Shown piece after piece: positions 37,371-47,257 of a stretch of 64,000 nt of DNA. Source of the stretch: a virus; the IMG/VR virus record IMGVR_UViG_3300035696_001556, positions 32,001 to 96,000 of that record; one strand, given 5' to 3'. The translations under genes and the position numbers were made by a program. The notes below the pieces were generated by a model, which saw only the letters and a list, made by a program, of their open reading frames with translations, was not told the DNA's origin and did not search any database. Every line of letters begins with the position of its first letter. Within the stretch, counting starts at the first letter, position 1.

Positions 37371-38003
37371 ATGTCGTTGGAAAATCCACTATTCAGACAG
37401 CTGGTCAGGATCATCATAGCAGGAATCCTTGAGACGGGGAAAGACGCTTATAAAATGCTATTTTGGAAGTTTGGCCAAAATATTAAAGAAGCTGCCCGTT
37501 TCATGTGGGAGAACAGAAACAGGGATCCTTTTAAACAAATAGGTGGCGAAGAAGTTCCTATGGCAACTGCTCAAAGTTTATATCAGCTTGTTAAGAGGAT
37601 CGCAACTAATGCATATGATAGCGAAATAGTGAACATGGCAAAAACTTTTGTACTACTGAATAGTAGAACCGCCCAGATGCCAACAGATTTAGGCAAAGAG
37701 CTATATACTTCTTTACAAAACTTACAGAGAACTTTTAGAAATGTCCCACCTATAGTTAGAAATGATTTGATGACACAAAGAGGTAATCTAACGGAGGAAC
37801 AGTTTTATAATACAATAAATATAGCTACCAAAGAAATACAATACGCGCAAGCTTTACATAATAGAGCTTTTCTTGAAAAAGAGGAAAGGCAACCTGGATC
37901 TGCGGCTCCGACTCCGGTATCACCAACTGGTATGCTTTATGGTAAGGAAGCCAGCGTATTCAGGAATTTAAATATAGTTTTGGCTTATATAGACTCCTTA
38001 TAA
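37371..38003 (+). CDS. hypothetical protein, possible head-internal protein
   Basis: 210-aa ORF with RBS; KDA/KEA sites. Confidence 0.65.
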   Translation: MSLENPLFRQLVRIIIAGILETGKDAYKMLFWKFGQNIKEAARFMWENRNRDPFKQIGGEEVPMATAQSLYQLVKRIATNAYDSEIVNMAKTFVLLNSRTAQMPTDLGKELYTSLQNLQRTFRNVPPIVRNDLMTQRGNLTEEQFYNTINIATKEIQYAQALHNRAFLEKEERQPGSAAPTPVSPTGMLYGKEASVFRNLNIVLAYIDSL

Positions 38004-38018
38004 GCAAAGGAAGATGCC

Positions 38019-38915
38019 ATGTCAGTAACTTTTTATCAGGGTCAATCTTTAACGTCCAGTGATTTGAAAATAATAATAAGAGATCCGACAGGAGTCCCTA
38101 TAGATCCTTATTATATCAGATATTCTTTGTTTGATAATACGACCGGTGTACTGGTTTTAATAGGAAATCCAGATCAAATACCAGCTACTACCGGAGTAGG
38201 GCAGTATTATTCCAATGCCGTAATACCTCTGGATGCTAATCTTGGAGATTGGGTCATACAGTGGCATTTTATGCTGACTCCAACTTCTCCTCTCATCGAA
38301 GTAGTTCAAGAATTTACTGTCGTAGATAAGACTATAAATTATGAAGTAGCAACGAGCACAGCCCAAAACACTTTGATGACAAGACTGAGAATAATGCTAA
38401 GGGACAACAATCCGGATAGGAACTACCGTTTTAGACCACCATCAACTGAAAAGTTCATGCAGACTCGGACTCAAGTTTTCGGATACATCTGGGAAGATGA
38501 AGAGCTCTACGAATGTCTTCTTATGGCAGTAGATGAATTGAACTCATCGCCGCCTGTTACCAGTGTAACGTTGGATAATATACCGGATCGCTGGAGAACT
38601 AATATTTTGTTGAGAGCTGCAGCTTTCGCTTGTGATTCTGTTACAGCTAATTGGATAGTAGATGAGTATGGATATACAATAAGCGGAGTGTCTTTGGATT
38701 TGGAAAAATCTTCAAAATATCAAGCCCTCGCAGAAAGTTTTTTAACACAGTGGGATAAATCAAGAGAACTTATCAAAGCTTCCATAAAAATTATCAAAGG
38801 ATTGAGTCAGCCTCGATACGGAATAGGTATATCGAGTGCACTTGGTCCTTACAGTAGACCTGGTACTCAGTCAAGAAGAAATTTTATTTCAGGATTTCGT
38901 GGAGGATGGTCTTAA
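38019..38915 (+). CDS. probable head-tail adaptor (neck) protein with N-terminal Ig-like domain
   Basis: RLRIMLRD...WEDEELY...YTISGVSLDLEKSSKY pattern of adaptor proteins; position in module. Confidence 0.6.
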   Translation: MSVTFYQGQSLTSSDLKIIIRDPTGVPIDPYYIRYSLFDNTTGVLVLIGNPDQIPATTGVGQYYSNAVIPLDANLGDWVIQWHFMLTPTSPLIEVVQEFTVVDKTINYEVATSTAQNTLMTRLRIMLRDNNPDRNYRFRPPSTEKFMQTRTQVFGYIWEDEELYECLLMAVDELNSSPPVTSVTLDNIPDRWRTNILLRAAAFACDSVTANWIVDEYGYTISGVSLDLEKSSKYQALAESFLTQWDKSRELIKASIKIIKGLSQPRYGIGISSALGPYSRPGTQSRRNFISGFRGGWS

Positions 38916-38936
38916 TGGTCCTAGTTAATTTTTCCC

Positions 38937-38965
38937 TTGGATAGTGGTATGCCAAATAGTATATT
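38937..38965 (+). promoter_or_regulatory. sigma70-type promoter for second nuclease-methyltransferase gene
   Basis: TTGGAT-N17-TATATT. Confidence 0.6.
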
Positions 38966-38985
38966 ACTATTAGAAGGGGATCACT

Positions 38986-41271
38986 ATGACGATGCCAAGA
39001 AAAGGTATTACTGCTGATAGGAAGTCTCAGGAGAAACTGGACTTCCTAGTTAATAACTTCAATAGCCATACTCGTCAAGAATTAGCTAATAGTCTCAATG
39101 AATCTCCCCGTTGGGTTAAGAGACAGATTAAACTGCTAAAAGAAAAAGGATTATTAAACAACAAAAGAGATGTTTCAGATGAAATTGTTTGGCCAGAAAA
39201 AATAACTCAAAGAGCCATAGATCTAAGAACAAACAAGTTATCATCTGCTGAGGATATTTCTAAAGTTCTCAAAGAAGAGTTTAATTTTGAAGTCCCCACC
39301 TATACTGTAGAACACCATCTGATAAATAAAATAGGTTGTAAATTTCCGTCCAAAGAAGAATGGCTACATAAACATCTCCCGTATGATTATGCCAAAAAGT
39401 TGATTGAAAAAGGTAATAGAATTTCTGATATTAGTTTTATTTTAAAGAGAGATTTAGGAGTATATGTCTCCGATGATATTATCCTGCTTTATATTAAAAA
39501 AATAGGACTCGTCAGCTTAAGAGAGTATGAGGTTAACAAAATAAATGAAAAAGTTAGTTCTGTAGACAAAAGTTGGATAGAAGATAAAATAAAAGGTAGA
39601 ATAAATATGGTTAATCTGTGCAAAGAAATGGGAGCATCTAAAACGGTAGTAATTAGAAGATTAAAAAAGGAGAATCTTAAAGTCATTGATGATAGAAAAA
39701 TATGGTCAAAAAATTTAGAATATCTGAGAGACTATTTAATTAATCTCCCAAAACCCGACTTTATTATGACCAAAGAAGACATACACCAATGCATACTGGG
39801 ATGGCTTGCAGGAGATGGACACTTAAATAAAGACGGTCGTTTCGTAATTAATCATAGTCTAGCCCAGTTATCTTACTTATATGTTAAAAGACAAGTTTTG
39901 TATAGCAACTATTCTACTGTAACTACAGTACCGGCGCAGCACTATTCAATGGCTAAGGATTCTATATATTTAGGAGGAAAGGAACAGATTGGTATTTCTT
40001 GTTTAGGATTGGTAGATTATTTAAAGTATCTTAATGAAGACGGGTCAAAAAATTTTGAAAAGATTATTTCAGAATTAACAGATCTTGGCTGGGCTTGTTA
40101 TTACATGGACGATGGATCTTTTTTTTCTGGAGGTCTGACTCTGAGTATGAGCGAAAAACGGGCATCTTATTTTGAGAATAAGTATAATTTTGGCGAAATA
40201 ATTAAAACAAGTAAATCCTCTCTTAAAATTAAGAGTATCAATGCAGATTATGTCATTCCATGTATGGATAGTAAGGTACCCTTGTACTCAAACTTAGGAT
40301 CTTTTTGGATGAAGTATTTTCCTGAGATTTTTAATGTAGAGATAAGAAATGATTTTGATTTATGTTTTGTAAATAAATATATAACAGAGAAATCAGAAGG
40401 GCTGCTTAACAGAATAACAGAGTATTATCAAAAAAGAGGGTTTCCTTATTTTAATATTAATGATGATTATCTTAAGAAAGAATATGATAAGTTGAAAAAC
40501 TTAGATACCAAGTATATTTGGAGAGATGAGCACACTGTTAAATATTTAGATGTAGGTAATAGAATATTTAAGAATTTTATGCCACACATGGCGGAAGCCA
40601 GCTACAGAGGTAACTCTCCTTATAGCACTTTTAATGGCTTTTCTTCTTTAAGATCAGCACTTGTATATACACTTAAATCAAATAAAACTATCTTGCCAGA
40701 TTTTTTATTTAATAGTCTTGTATATTTTAATGGGGGAGTAGCAGGTTTTCCTTGTGGTGTCGCCAAGGCGATAGTAGAAAAATATACAGCACCGGGAGAT
40801 TTGGTAGTAGATCCTTGTGCCGGTTGGGGTGGAAGGTTGCTAGGGGCTGCTTCATCATCTAGGTCATATTTTGGATTTGAGCTTTGGGATAAAACAATTA
40901 ATGGTTTAAATTCGATTATAGACTATTATGATTTACAAGACAGAGCACAAGTGATATGTTCAGACTTTGATAGTAGTAAAGCACCTAAATCTTGCAACTT
41001 AATCTTGACATCGCCACCTTATATTGATCTGGAGGTCTATGGTAAAAGCATGAATAAAGAAAAGTGGATGCTACTTATTAATAAGATGTTTTTATATGCA
41101 GAAATGGCTTTGGTTCCCGGTGGTTTTTTTGTACTTAATATCCCCAGATATCTAAAAGAATACCTTCCCAAAACTTCTCTTCTGGAAAAAGAAACCAAGT
41201 ATTGGTTTACTTCTTCAAGAAAAAGAGACCTCTCTAGTGCTGAACTTCTGTTAGTTTGGCAAAAGTTATAA
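38986..41271 (+). CDS. HTH repeats + LAGLIDADG endonuclease + amino-DNA methyltransferase fusion (copy 2)
   Basis: HTH segments, ILGWLAGDGH and YYMDDG, YYQKRGFPY shared with copy 1, VVDPCAGWGGR (motif I), LTSPPYIDLEVY (motif IV). Confidence 0.85.
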   Translation: MTMPRKGITADRKSQEKLDFLVNNFNSHTRQELANSLNESPRWVKRQIKLLKEKGLLNNKRDVSDEIVWPEKITQRAIDLRTNKLSSAEDISKVLKEEFNFEVPTYTVEHHLINKIGCKFPSKEEWLHKHLPYDYAKKLIEKGNRISDISFILKRDLGVYVSDDIILLYIKKIGLVSLREYEVNKINEKVSSVDKSWIEDKIKGRINMVNLCKEMGASKTVVIRRLKKENLKVIDDRKIWSKNLEYLRDYLINLPKPDFIMTKEDIHQCILGWLAGDGHLNKDGRFVINHSLAQLSYLYVKRQVLYSNYSTVTTVPAQHYSMAKDSIYLGGKEQIGISCLGLVDYLKYLNEDGSKNFEKIISELTDLGWACYYMDDGSFFSGGLTLSMSEKRASYFENKYNFGEIIKTSKSSLKIKSINADYVIPCMDSKVPLYSNLGSFWMKYFPEIFNVEIRNDFDLCFVNKYITEKSEGLLNRITEYYQKRGFPYFNINDDYLKKEYDKLKNLDTKYIWRDEHTVKYLDVGNRIFKNFMPHMAEASYRGNSPYSTFNGFSSLRSALVYTLKSNKTILPDFLFNSLVYFNGGVAGFPCGVAKAIVEKYTAPGDLVVDPCAGWGGRLLGAASSSRSYFGFELWDKTINGLNSIIDYYDLQDRAQVICSDFDSSKAPKSCNLILTSPPYIDLEVYGKSMNKEKWMLLINKMFLYAEMALVPGGFFVLNIPRYLKEYLPKTSLLEKETKYWFTSSRKRDLSSAELLLVWQKL

Positions 41272-41320
41272 CCTTCTAATAAAAATCCCTAATTGACAGA
41301 CCTTGTTTTAACGAGGCATT

Positions 41321-41826
41321 ATGGATATACCATGCTTCTATGCTGTTCCTATCGCTAAAGTCCAAGTGGAATTGCGTAGATTCAAATTTTCAATATATGA
41401 TGAATCTAAGAAACTCGTAATAGAGTGCCCTGGTCCAATGGGGTATCATGATGCTGAAATCACTTTAGGAATAAAAGATAAACTGATCCCTCCAAGTTAT
41501 GAGGACTTGATCCCTTGTATCGATCACAAAGATCCTCGTTGGCCTAAAAAATGCGTGTGTGGATATGAGTTTGAAGACAAAGACGAGTGGCAGACTAACG
41601 AACATAGGACATGTGGAACGCCTGGAGGATGGGTGGAGAGAGACCAGAGTATACCTCATTGATAGTTATGACTCCTGGTGGAGAGTGGGCAATTGATATG
41701 CCTTCTATTGACGGAGGTAAGTGGAGCAGGACAGGAACGGTGCCTAAGATAAGTGTGACGCCATCGATACTTATCCCTGACAAATATCATGGATTTCTTA
41801 CTGACGGAACATTGAGAGATTGCTAA
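41321..41826 (+). pseudogene. split gene (two overlapping frames), DUF6527-like C-terminus
   Basis: ORF 41321..41662 looks protein-like to WQTNEHR, then frame 41611..41826 continues MWNAW...VTPSILI...YHGFLTDG. Confidence 0.5.
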
Positions 41827-41827
41827 T

Positions 41828-43195
41828 ATGGAAAAAAACTTCAACAGACCCTTTTTCCCTCTGCCTTATAGAAGTGGAGACGATAGGCCTCCAACTCTTC
41901 CTCTGGCACCTCGTAACGTTAACATAACGAGTCCATTTCTAATTGGGATCGTCGATGTCAGGTGGGATGATCCATCTGTTTATGCTGAAAATAACAGATT
42001 CAATATCCTAGGTGTAAATGTATATAAATCTTATGACTCCTCTGAGGGACCGTTTACAAAAATAAATACTGATCCGATAGGAATATCTTTTTATAGAGAT
42101 CAGACCCAAGAAACCACGGTGACGGAAGATCCTACCCAAGGTGGAAGATTTATAGCTGGAACAACGGCAACAAGGGATTGGATAGCTAAGTCCTACAACA
42201 AACCGATAGTTATACCTGGCACCAATGGTCAGTTAGCGGATAACTGGACTCATGTGATGGTACAGATTAAGAGAACCTCAGCCGATCAGTTCGTAGTGGT
42301 ACCGGCTTTCAAAGTAAAAGGAGAGACTGGAGAAATCTATCTTATAAGTTCACAGGTTTATAATAATACAACGAATAGATTAGAAGAACCTGTTTTGCCT
42401 TATTTAGATCGAGGTGGAGAAATAAGAATAACGTATACTTACATACCTCCTAGCAGTTATATCCAAACAGATTTGCATAGAAGAATTTACTACAAAGTGA
42501 CCACGGTAGGTATAGATGCTAGTTGCGACAGTGGTATCATGGAAACGCCGTTAAACGAAGTAGAAGCTTTTAATCCATATGATATGGAAAAAATAGATTG
42601 GATTTGGGCTGAATCAATAAGAAGAAATAGATGGATACTCGAGCAAGGCGGAGAACGTGTAAAGCTATTTATAAGGAAGTGGTCTGGAGTCAGATGTCCT
42701 TGTTGGAATGAACAGTTTAGACAGTCTAAACAGGACGATCTGCAGTGTTACGGGGTCGGATATATTGGCGGATACCAAGGCCCATTAGATATAATCATCG
42801 CTCCTCCAGAAGGTGAAAAAATAGTAAATCTTTTTGATATTGGATTACGTGTAACCTATGATTGGCCAAGTTGGACCGGCCCCTATCCCTTACTCAGTGA
42901 TCGTGATTTTATTGTGCGTCAAAACAATGATAGATTCTCGCTAGCCCATATCAATCCTCAAGGATCGAGAGGAGCCATATATCAGCAACATTTCCAATTG
43001 CATCAGTTAGAACAAGGAGACATTAGATATCAGGTTCCTATCACTGGTGGAGCTGTAAGCGTGCCTCCAGCCTGGAACGCTTTCAGAGAGCCCAAACCTA
43101 CCGATGCAAGTCCTGTTATTAACGATAAGCCTACAGTCCCTGAACAATATCAATACAAAGGCAGAAGCGTGACTTTCGAAAATATTGTGATGTAA
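41828..43195 (+). CDS. probable neck/head-closure protein with FN3-like N-terminus
   Basis: APRNV...VRWDDP...GVNVYKS; LEQGGERVKLFIRKWSGVRCPC...CYGVGYIGGY. Confidence 0.6.
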   Translation: MEKNFNRPFFPLPYRSGDDRPPTLPLAPRNVNITSPFLIGIVDVRWDDPSVYAENNRFNILGVNVYKSYDSSEGPFTKINTDPIGISFYRDQTQETTVTEDPTQGGRFIAGTTATRDWIAKSYNKPIVIPGTNGQLADNWTHVMVQIKRTSADQFVVVPAFKVKGETGEIYLISSQVYNNTTNRLEEPVLPYLDRGGEIRITYTYIPPSSYIQTDLHRRIYYKVTTVGIDASCDSGIMETPLNEVEAFNPYDMEKIDWIWAESIRRNRWILEQGGERVKLFIRKWSGVRCPCWNEQFRQSKQDDLQCYGVGYIGGYQGPLDIIIAPPEGEKIVNLFDIGLRVTYDWPSWTGPYPLLSDRDFIVRQNNDRFSLAHINPQGSRGAIYQQHFQLHQLEQGDIRYQVPITGGAVSVPPAWNAFREPKPTDASPVINDKPTVPEQYQYKGRSVTFENIVM

Positions 43196-43215
43196 TATAT
43201 ACTTTTTTAAAAGAC

Positions 43216-43233
43216 ACATACTCTATTAATAAA
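43216..43233 (+). promoter_or_regulatory. putative late promoter motif
   Basis: ACATACTCTATTAATAAA. Confidence 0.55.
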
Positions 43234-43288
43234 GGAATCTAAATAAATGATATCTCTCTTCTAATGAAGTCCATAAAGGAGTTCTAAA

Positions 43289-44107
43289 ATGGATCTACAA
43301 GAAACCGCCAAGAAAATTGTAAAAATAGCAGAACAGATAGAAAAAGAAGCGTCGGATAAGTCGATATTAATCTGCTCTGAGTGCACTCACACAGCCTCTT
43401 TGACTCAGATTAATGAGAGACGTGCTAAACTTGCCGGTGATAATTACAGTGTAAAACCAGTTACGATCAACGAAAAAGTTAATTGTCCTGTCTTGGGATG
43501 CCCCGGGATTATGTCTTACTTTCCTACTGATGCAAGTGAAAATTTTTATGTAGAAGAAAAAGTAGCTGCAGAAGGTGAAGGAGCTCCTGGTGGTGGAATA
43601 GAAGATCTCCTTGGCGAATCAACAGAAGTCAAACCGGAAGAAGAAGCTCCTAAAGCACCAAAAGCGCCTAAAATACCCAAAGAAGAAAAGCCAGAAGAGC
43701 CTAAGCCTGAAGATACAACAGGAGATATCGACGTAGATGATTTGTTTGAAGATGTAGAGACCCAAAACGACAACATGCAAGCAGAAAAGGCAGAGAAAGC
43801 GGATACTACTCAGAAGGCAAGAAAAGAAAGAACAGACGAACAGAATAGAATTGATCAAGAAAAAGACGATGAGGGATTAGGTATCCCACCACAGAAAGAG
43901 CCTCTAGCCACTCCTCCAATAAAGACTGAACCAAGCCCAGAAGCTGTTAAAGAACAGCCTAAAGAAAAATTGGATATATTTGAGGAAGAGAAACCTAAGA
44001 AGCCGAAAAAGAAACCGGAAGAAATCATAAAGAAAGACGTTCCTAAATTCAAATCAAAAGAAGCTTCAGATAGATACATAAAGTCTACTTCCCGTTACGC
44101 TGTGTAA
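43289..44107 (+). CDS. Zn-binding N-terminus with charged disordered tail, possible head-internal protein
   Basis: CSEC...CPVLGC; KEASD twice; AAGGAG RBS. Confidence 0.65.
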   Translation: MDLQETAKKIVKIAEQIEKEASDKSILICSECTHTASLTQINERRAKLAGDNYSVKPVTINEKVNCPVLGCPGIMSYFPTDASENFYVEEKVAAEGEGAPGGGIEDLLGESTEVKPEEEAPKAPKAPKIPKEEKPEEPKPEDTTGDIDVDDLFEDVETQNDNMQAEKAEKADTTQKARKERTDEQNRIDQEKDDEGLGIPPQKEPLATPPIKTEPSPEAVKEQPKEKLDIFEEEKPKKPKKKPEEIIKKDVPKFKSKEASDRYIKSTSRYAV

Positions 44108-44157
44108 AAAGAGGGGAATGATTTTCCCCTCTAAATCTATATAAAATAGAGATTGAT

Positions 44158-44772
44158 ATGATTAAAGTAAGATGTGAAGACCCCGAGACTATATCCCTGC
44201 CCGAACTCAACGATTTTATCTACTACAAACAGGTAAAAACATTCTCGGAACAAGATTATAATAAGTGCCTAAGCTTGCAAGCGGCTGTGAGCAAAGGGCG
44301 TGTTATTGTCCTTGAGAGACGTGAAGAGAAAAATTCTAATTATGGGATCCCAATTCCAAGTAATGTCGCTCCAGCAGACACATCTGTTCTGTTTGATTAT
44401 TTAAAAAGTCTTGAATCAAAAATAGATCAATTAAAGACATCCGATGGAAGCACTGCCTTGATAGATCAGCTTAATCAAAAAATAGATGCTTTGGAAAAAA
44501 AACTTCAAGGTCCTGTCCCTCAAGGAGATTCTGGTATAAAAGAAACGGCTAAAAAGCTCGAGGAGATTCTCGGCAAATTTTCTAATATAGCTGGTAAAAG
44601 CGATGTAGAGAAAAAGGAACTAGTATCCGAAATACCAGAAGAGATATACGTGCCCAATGTTAAAGTCGAAGACGGCAATTCTCATATAAGTCTCAAGATG
44701 CGTACGATAGAAAAATCAGATAGTATAAATGAGGCTTCAGAAGCGCTTAGAAAGCTCAAAGACAAAAAGTAA
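44158..44772 (+). CDS. coiled-coil hypothetical protein
   Basis: 204 aa with heptad segments. Confidence 0.65.
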   Translation: MIKVRCEDPETISLPELNDFIYYKQVKTFSEQDYNKCLSLQAAVSKGRVIVLERREEKNSNYGIPIPSNVAPADTSVLFDYLKSLESKIDQLKTSDGSTALIDQLNQKIDALEKKLQGPVPQGDSGIKETAKKLEEILGKFSNIAGKSDVEKKELVSEIPEEIYVPNVKVEDGNSHISLKMRTIEKSDSINEASEALRKLKDKK

Positions 44773-44787
44773 TACTCTATTAATATA
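44770..44787 (+). promoter_or_regulatory. putative late promoter motif
   Basis: TAATACTCTATTAATATA. Confidence 0.6.
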
Positions 44788-44816
44788 TTTATATTAATAT
44801 GATATAGAGGTGACAT

Positions 44817-44963
44817 ATGGTGAAGAAACTAATATATTTCTCTGATAATCAGGTAAAAAGAGTCCAAAAAGATGCAGATGAAAAAGAGATATCATTTACT
44901 GAAATGATAAGAAGATTGTTGGACAGGCATTATGAAGAAGACGAGGATACTAAAAAGAAATAG
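44817..44963 (+). CDS. ribbon-helix-helix protein (48 aa, not in ORF track)
   Basis: MVKKLIYFSDNQVKRVQKDADEKEISFTEMIRRLLDRHY; GAGGTG RBS. Confidence 0.75.
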   Translation: MVKKLIYFSDNQVKRVQKDADEKEISFTEMIRRLLDRHYEEDEDTKKK

Positions 44964-45009
44964 GTAAATAGAGTATTTTTGTTATAAAATCTAAAACAGG
45001 AGTTTGAAT

Positions 45010-46026
45010 ATGGCTCGCGGTTTAGACATCGGAACTTGCAATATTGTTTGTGCTTCGAAGGACCCAAAAAATCCTCAAGCAGAAATTCAAATTAGTTCTA
45101 TAAGGGATGCATTTTTAGATATTGAGGCTGACTCATCCGTTCTAAATCTATTAAAAATGTCTAATGTCTCTTATATTCAAGGAGCAGAAAATATTGTCTA
45201 TGTGATCGGGGAGCCATCGTTAAACCTAGCTAACATGTTTAAACGAGAAGCTCGAAGACCCATGAGTAAGGGGATAATATCCCCCGGAGAGCTGGAGGCA
45301 GAGAAGGTTCTTTCTATTTTAGTCAAGAATATTCTAAAAGAACCAGCAGTTGAAAAAGAAATAGTTTATTTCTCTGTTCCAGCAGCTCCTATAGATCGAG
45401 AGGGCATAAGCGTAACATATCACGAAGCTGTTCTTAAGAAAATAATAGAGAATCTAGGTTATAAGGCTGTGTTTTTAAATGAAGCAGCCGCCATAGTTTA
45501 TTCCAACTGTGAGAAGAGCGGTTTTACCGCACTATCTAGCAGCCTTGGAAGTGGCATGGTAAATACGGCCCTACTTTATAAAACACTAATTGGCATGTCT
45601 TTTTCAACGTCTTCCGCCGGTGATTATATAGACTATAGCGCAGCAAAGGCTACAGGAAGCACAGCAACTAAAATTATGACAATAAAAGAACGAGGATTAG
45701 ATTTACTTGCCCCTGAAATAGGAGATCCCAAACAGATACGAGAACGAGAGGCAATTTGTATATATTATAAGAATCTGATAAAAAGTATAATTGACAGTAT
45801 AAAAAAAGAGTTTAAAAAGAACCAAAGCACAATAGAGCTGCCAGATCAGGTTCCTTGGATTATAGCAGGAGGTAGTTGTCTTGCTAAAAATTTCTTACTT
45901 TTATTTCAACAAGAATTTTCAAAAGTCAAAGACACATTTCCTATTAATATTTCTGAGATTAAGTTGGCGGATGACCCTTTACTGGACATTGCTAAGGGAT
46001 TACTTATCGCTGCTATGAATGACTAA
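45010..46026 (+). CDS. actin-like ATPase (MreB/ParM/MamK superfamily)
   Basis: Phosphate-1 GLDIGT, connect-1 LNEAAA, phosphate-2 LGSGMVN, adenosine IIAGGS; ATG 45010 fits the AGGAG RBS. Confidence 0.85.
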   Translation: MARGLDIGTCNIVCASKDPKNPQAEIQISSIRDAFLDIEADSSVLNLLKMSNVSYIQGAENIVYVIGEPSLNLANMFKREARRPMSKGIISPGELEAEKVLSILVKNILKEPAVEKEIVYFSVPAAPIDREGISVTYHEAVLKKIIENLGYKAVFLNEAAAIVYSNCEKSGFTALSSSLGSGMVNTALLYKTLIGMSFSTSSAGDYIDYSAAKATGSTATKIMTIKERGLDLLAPEIGDPKQIREREAICIYYKNLIKSIIDSIKKEFKKNQSTIELPDQVPWIIAGGSCLAKNFLLLFQQEFSKVKDTFPINISEIKLADDPLLDIAKGLLIAAMND

Positions 46027-47194
46027 ATTTTACTTTAACATGAATAAAATAGACAAAAAAGAGTTTATTGAGAGATCCGAAAAAAAGCACGGAAAGTTTT
46101 ATAGTTATGACTTAGTTAATATTAAAGGAACAAAAATAAAAGTAAAAATAATGTGCCCTAAACATGGATTATTTTATCAAACTCCACAGGAACATATGAA
46201 GGGATGTGGGTGTAAATGTTGTGGGTATGAAAAGATTGGTCTTTCTAATTGTTCATCTAAAGAAGATGTTATATCTCTGTCAAAAAAAGTACATGGGAAT
46301 GATACATTTGACTACAGTTTATTCGAATATAAAGGTATGTTTGTTAAATCTAAGTTTATTTGTAAAATTCATGGAGTTTTTGAACAAACACCTAATAACA
46401 ATATTCACAGCCAAAATGGGTGTGATAAGTGTGGCGGCAGTTTCAAAAATTCTTTGGATAGTTTTATTAGGAAAGCAGAAAAAATTCATGGAAAAAAGTA
46501 TAACTATTCTAAATTTAAATACACAAATATATTTACTCCTTCTATAATAACATGTTTTAAACATGGCGATTTTTCACAAGATCCCAACAACCACCTGTCT
46601 GGAAGAGGGTGCCCTCAATGTGGTATCATACTATCTAGTGATAAAAAAAGATATAGCAAAGAAGAGTTTGTAGAGAAAGCAGTAAAAGCGCATGGATTTA
46701 ATAGATATGATTATTCAACTGCTGTATATAAAAGTTCTAATAAAAAAGTGGCAATAAAGTGTAATAAGTGCTTTAAAGTTTTTATGCAAACTCCTAGTAG
46801 CCATCTCACGGGAACTGGATGTCCTGTCTGTAATGAATCAAGAGGAGAAAAAAGTGTAAGGAATTGGTTGTCGGATAATAATATTTGTTTTATGTCACAG
46901 TATGTTTTTTCTAATTTAGTTGGAAAAAATGGAAATAAATTTAAATTTGATTTCTACATTCCATCTAAGAATATACTAATAGAGTTTGACGGTAGACAGC
47001 ATTTTGAACCGGTTTGTTTCAAAGGAATTTCATTAGAAAAAGCAAAAACAAATTTTAAAAAGGTAACAGGTAATGATGCTCTCAAAAATAAGTACTGTTC
47101 GGATAATAACATACCTCTGTTACGAATAAGCTACAAAAATTTTAAGAAGATCCCGGAAATACTTTCTGAAAACGTTCTAAAAGCCGCAGCATAA
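46019..47194 (+). CDS. free-standing putative homing endonuclease (four Cys/His Zn repeats + Vsr-like nuclease)
   Basis: Four repeats of F...HG..Y.Y...C..HG.F.Q.P..H..G.GC..C, then FDFYIPSKNILIEFDGRQH; AT-rich. Confidence 0.8.
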   Translation: MTKFYFNMNKIDKKEFIERSEKKHGKFYSYDLVNIKGTKIKVKIMCPKHGLFYQTPQEHMKGCGCKCCGYEKIGLSNCSSKEDVISLSKKVHGNDTFDYSLFEYKGMFVKSKFICKIHGVFEQTPNNNIHSQNGCDKCGGSFKNSLDSFIRKAEKIHGKKYNYSKFKYTNIFTPSIITCFKHGDFSQDPNNHLSGRGCPQCGIILSSDKKRYSKEEFVEKAVKAHGFNRYDYSTAVYKSSNKKVAIKCNKCFKVFMQTPSSHLTGTGCPVCNESRGEKSVRNWLSDNNICFMSQYVFSNLVGKNGNKFKFDFYIPSKNILIEFDGRQHFEPVCFKGISLEKAKTNFKKVTGNDALKNKYCSDNNIPLLRISYKNFKKIPEILSENVLKAAA

Positions 47195-47201
47195 CTCCCC
47201 T

Positions 47202-47219
47202 TAATATCCTTCTAATAAT
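47202..47219 (+). promoter_or_regulatory. putative late promoter motif
   Basis: TAATATCCTTCTAATAAT. Confidence 0.45.
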
Positions 47220-47257
47220 TTAAGCTCAACAGATACCTCTATCTTTAAGGAAATTCT

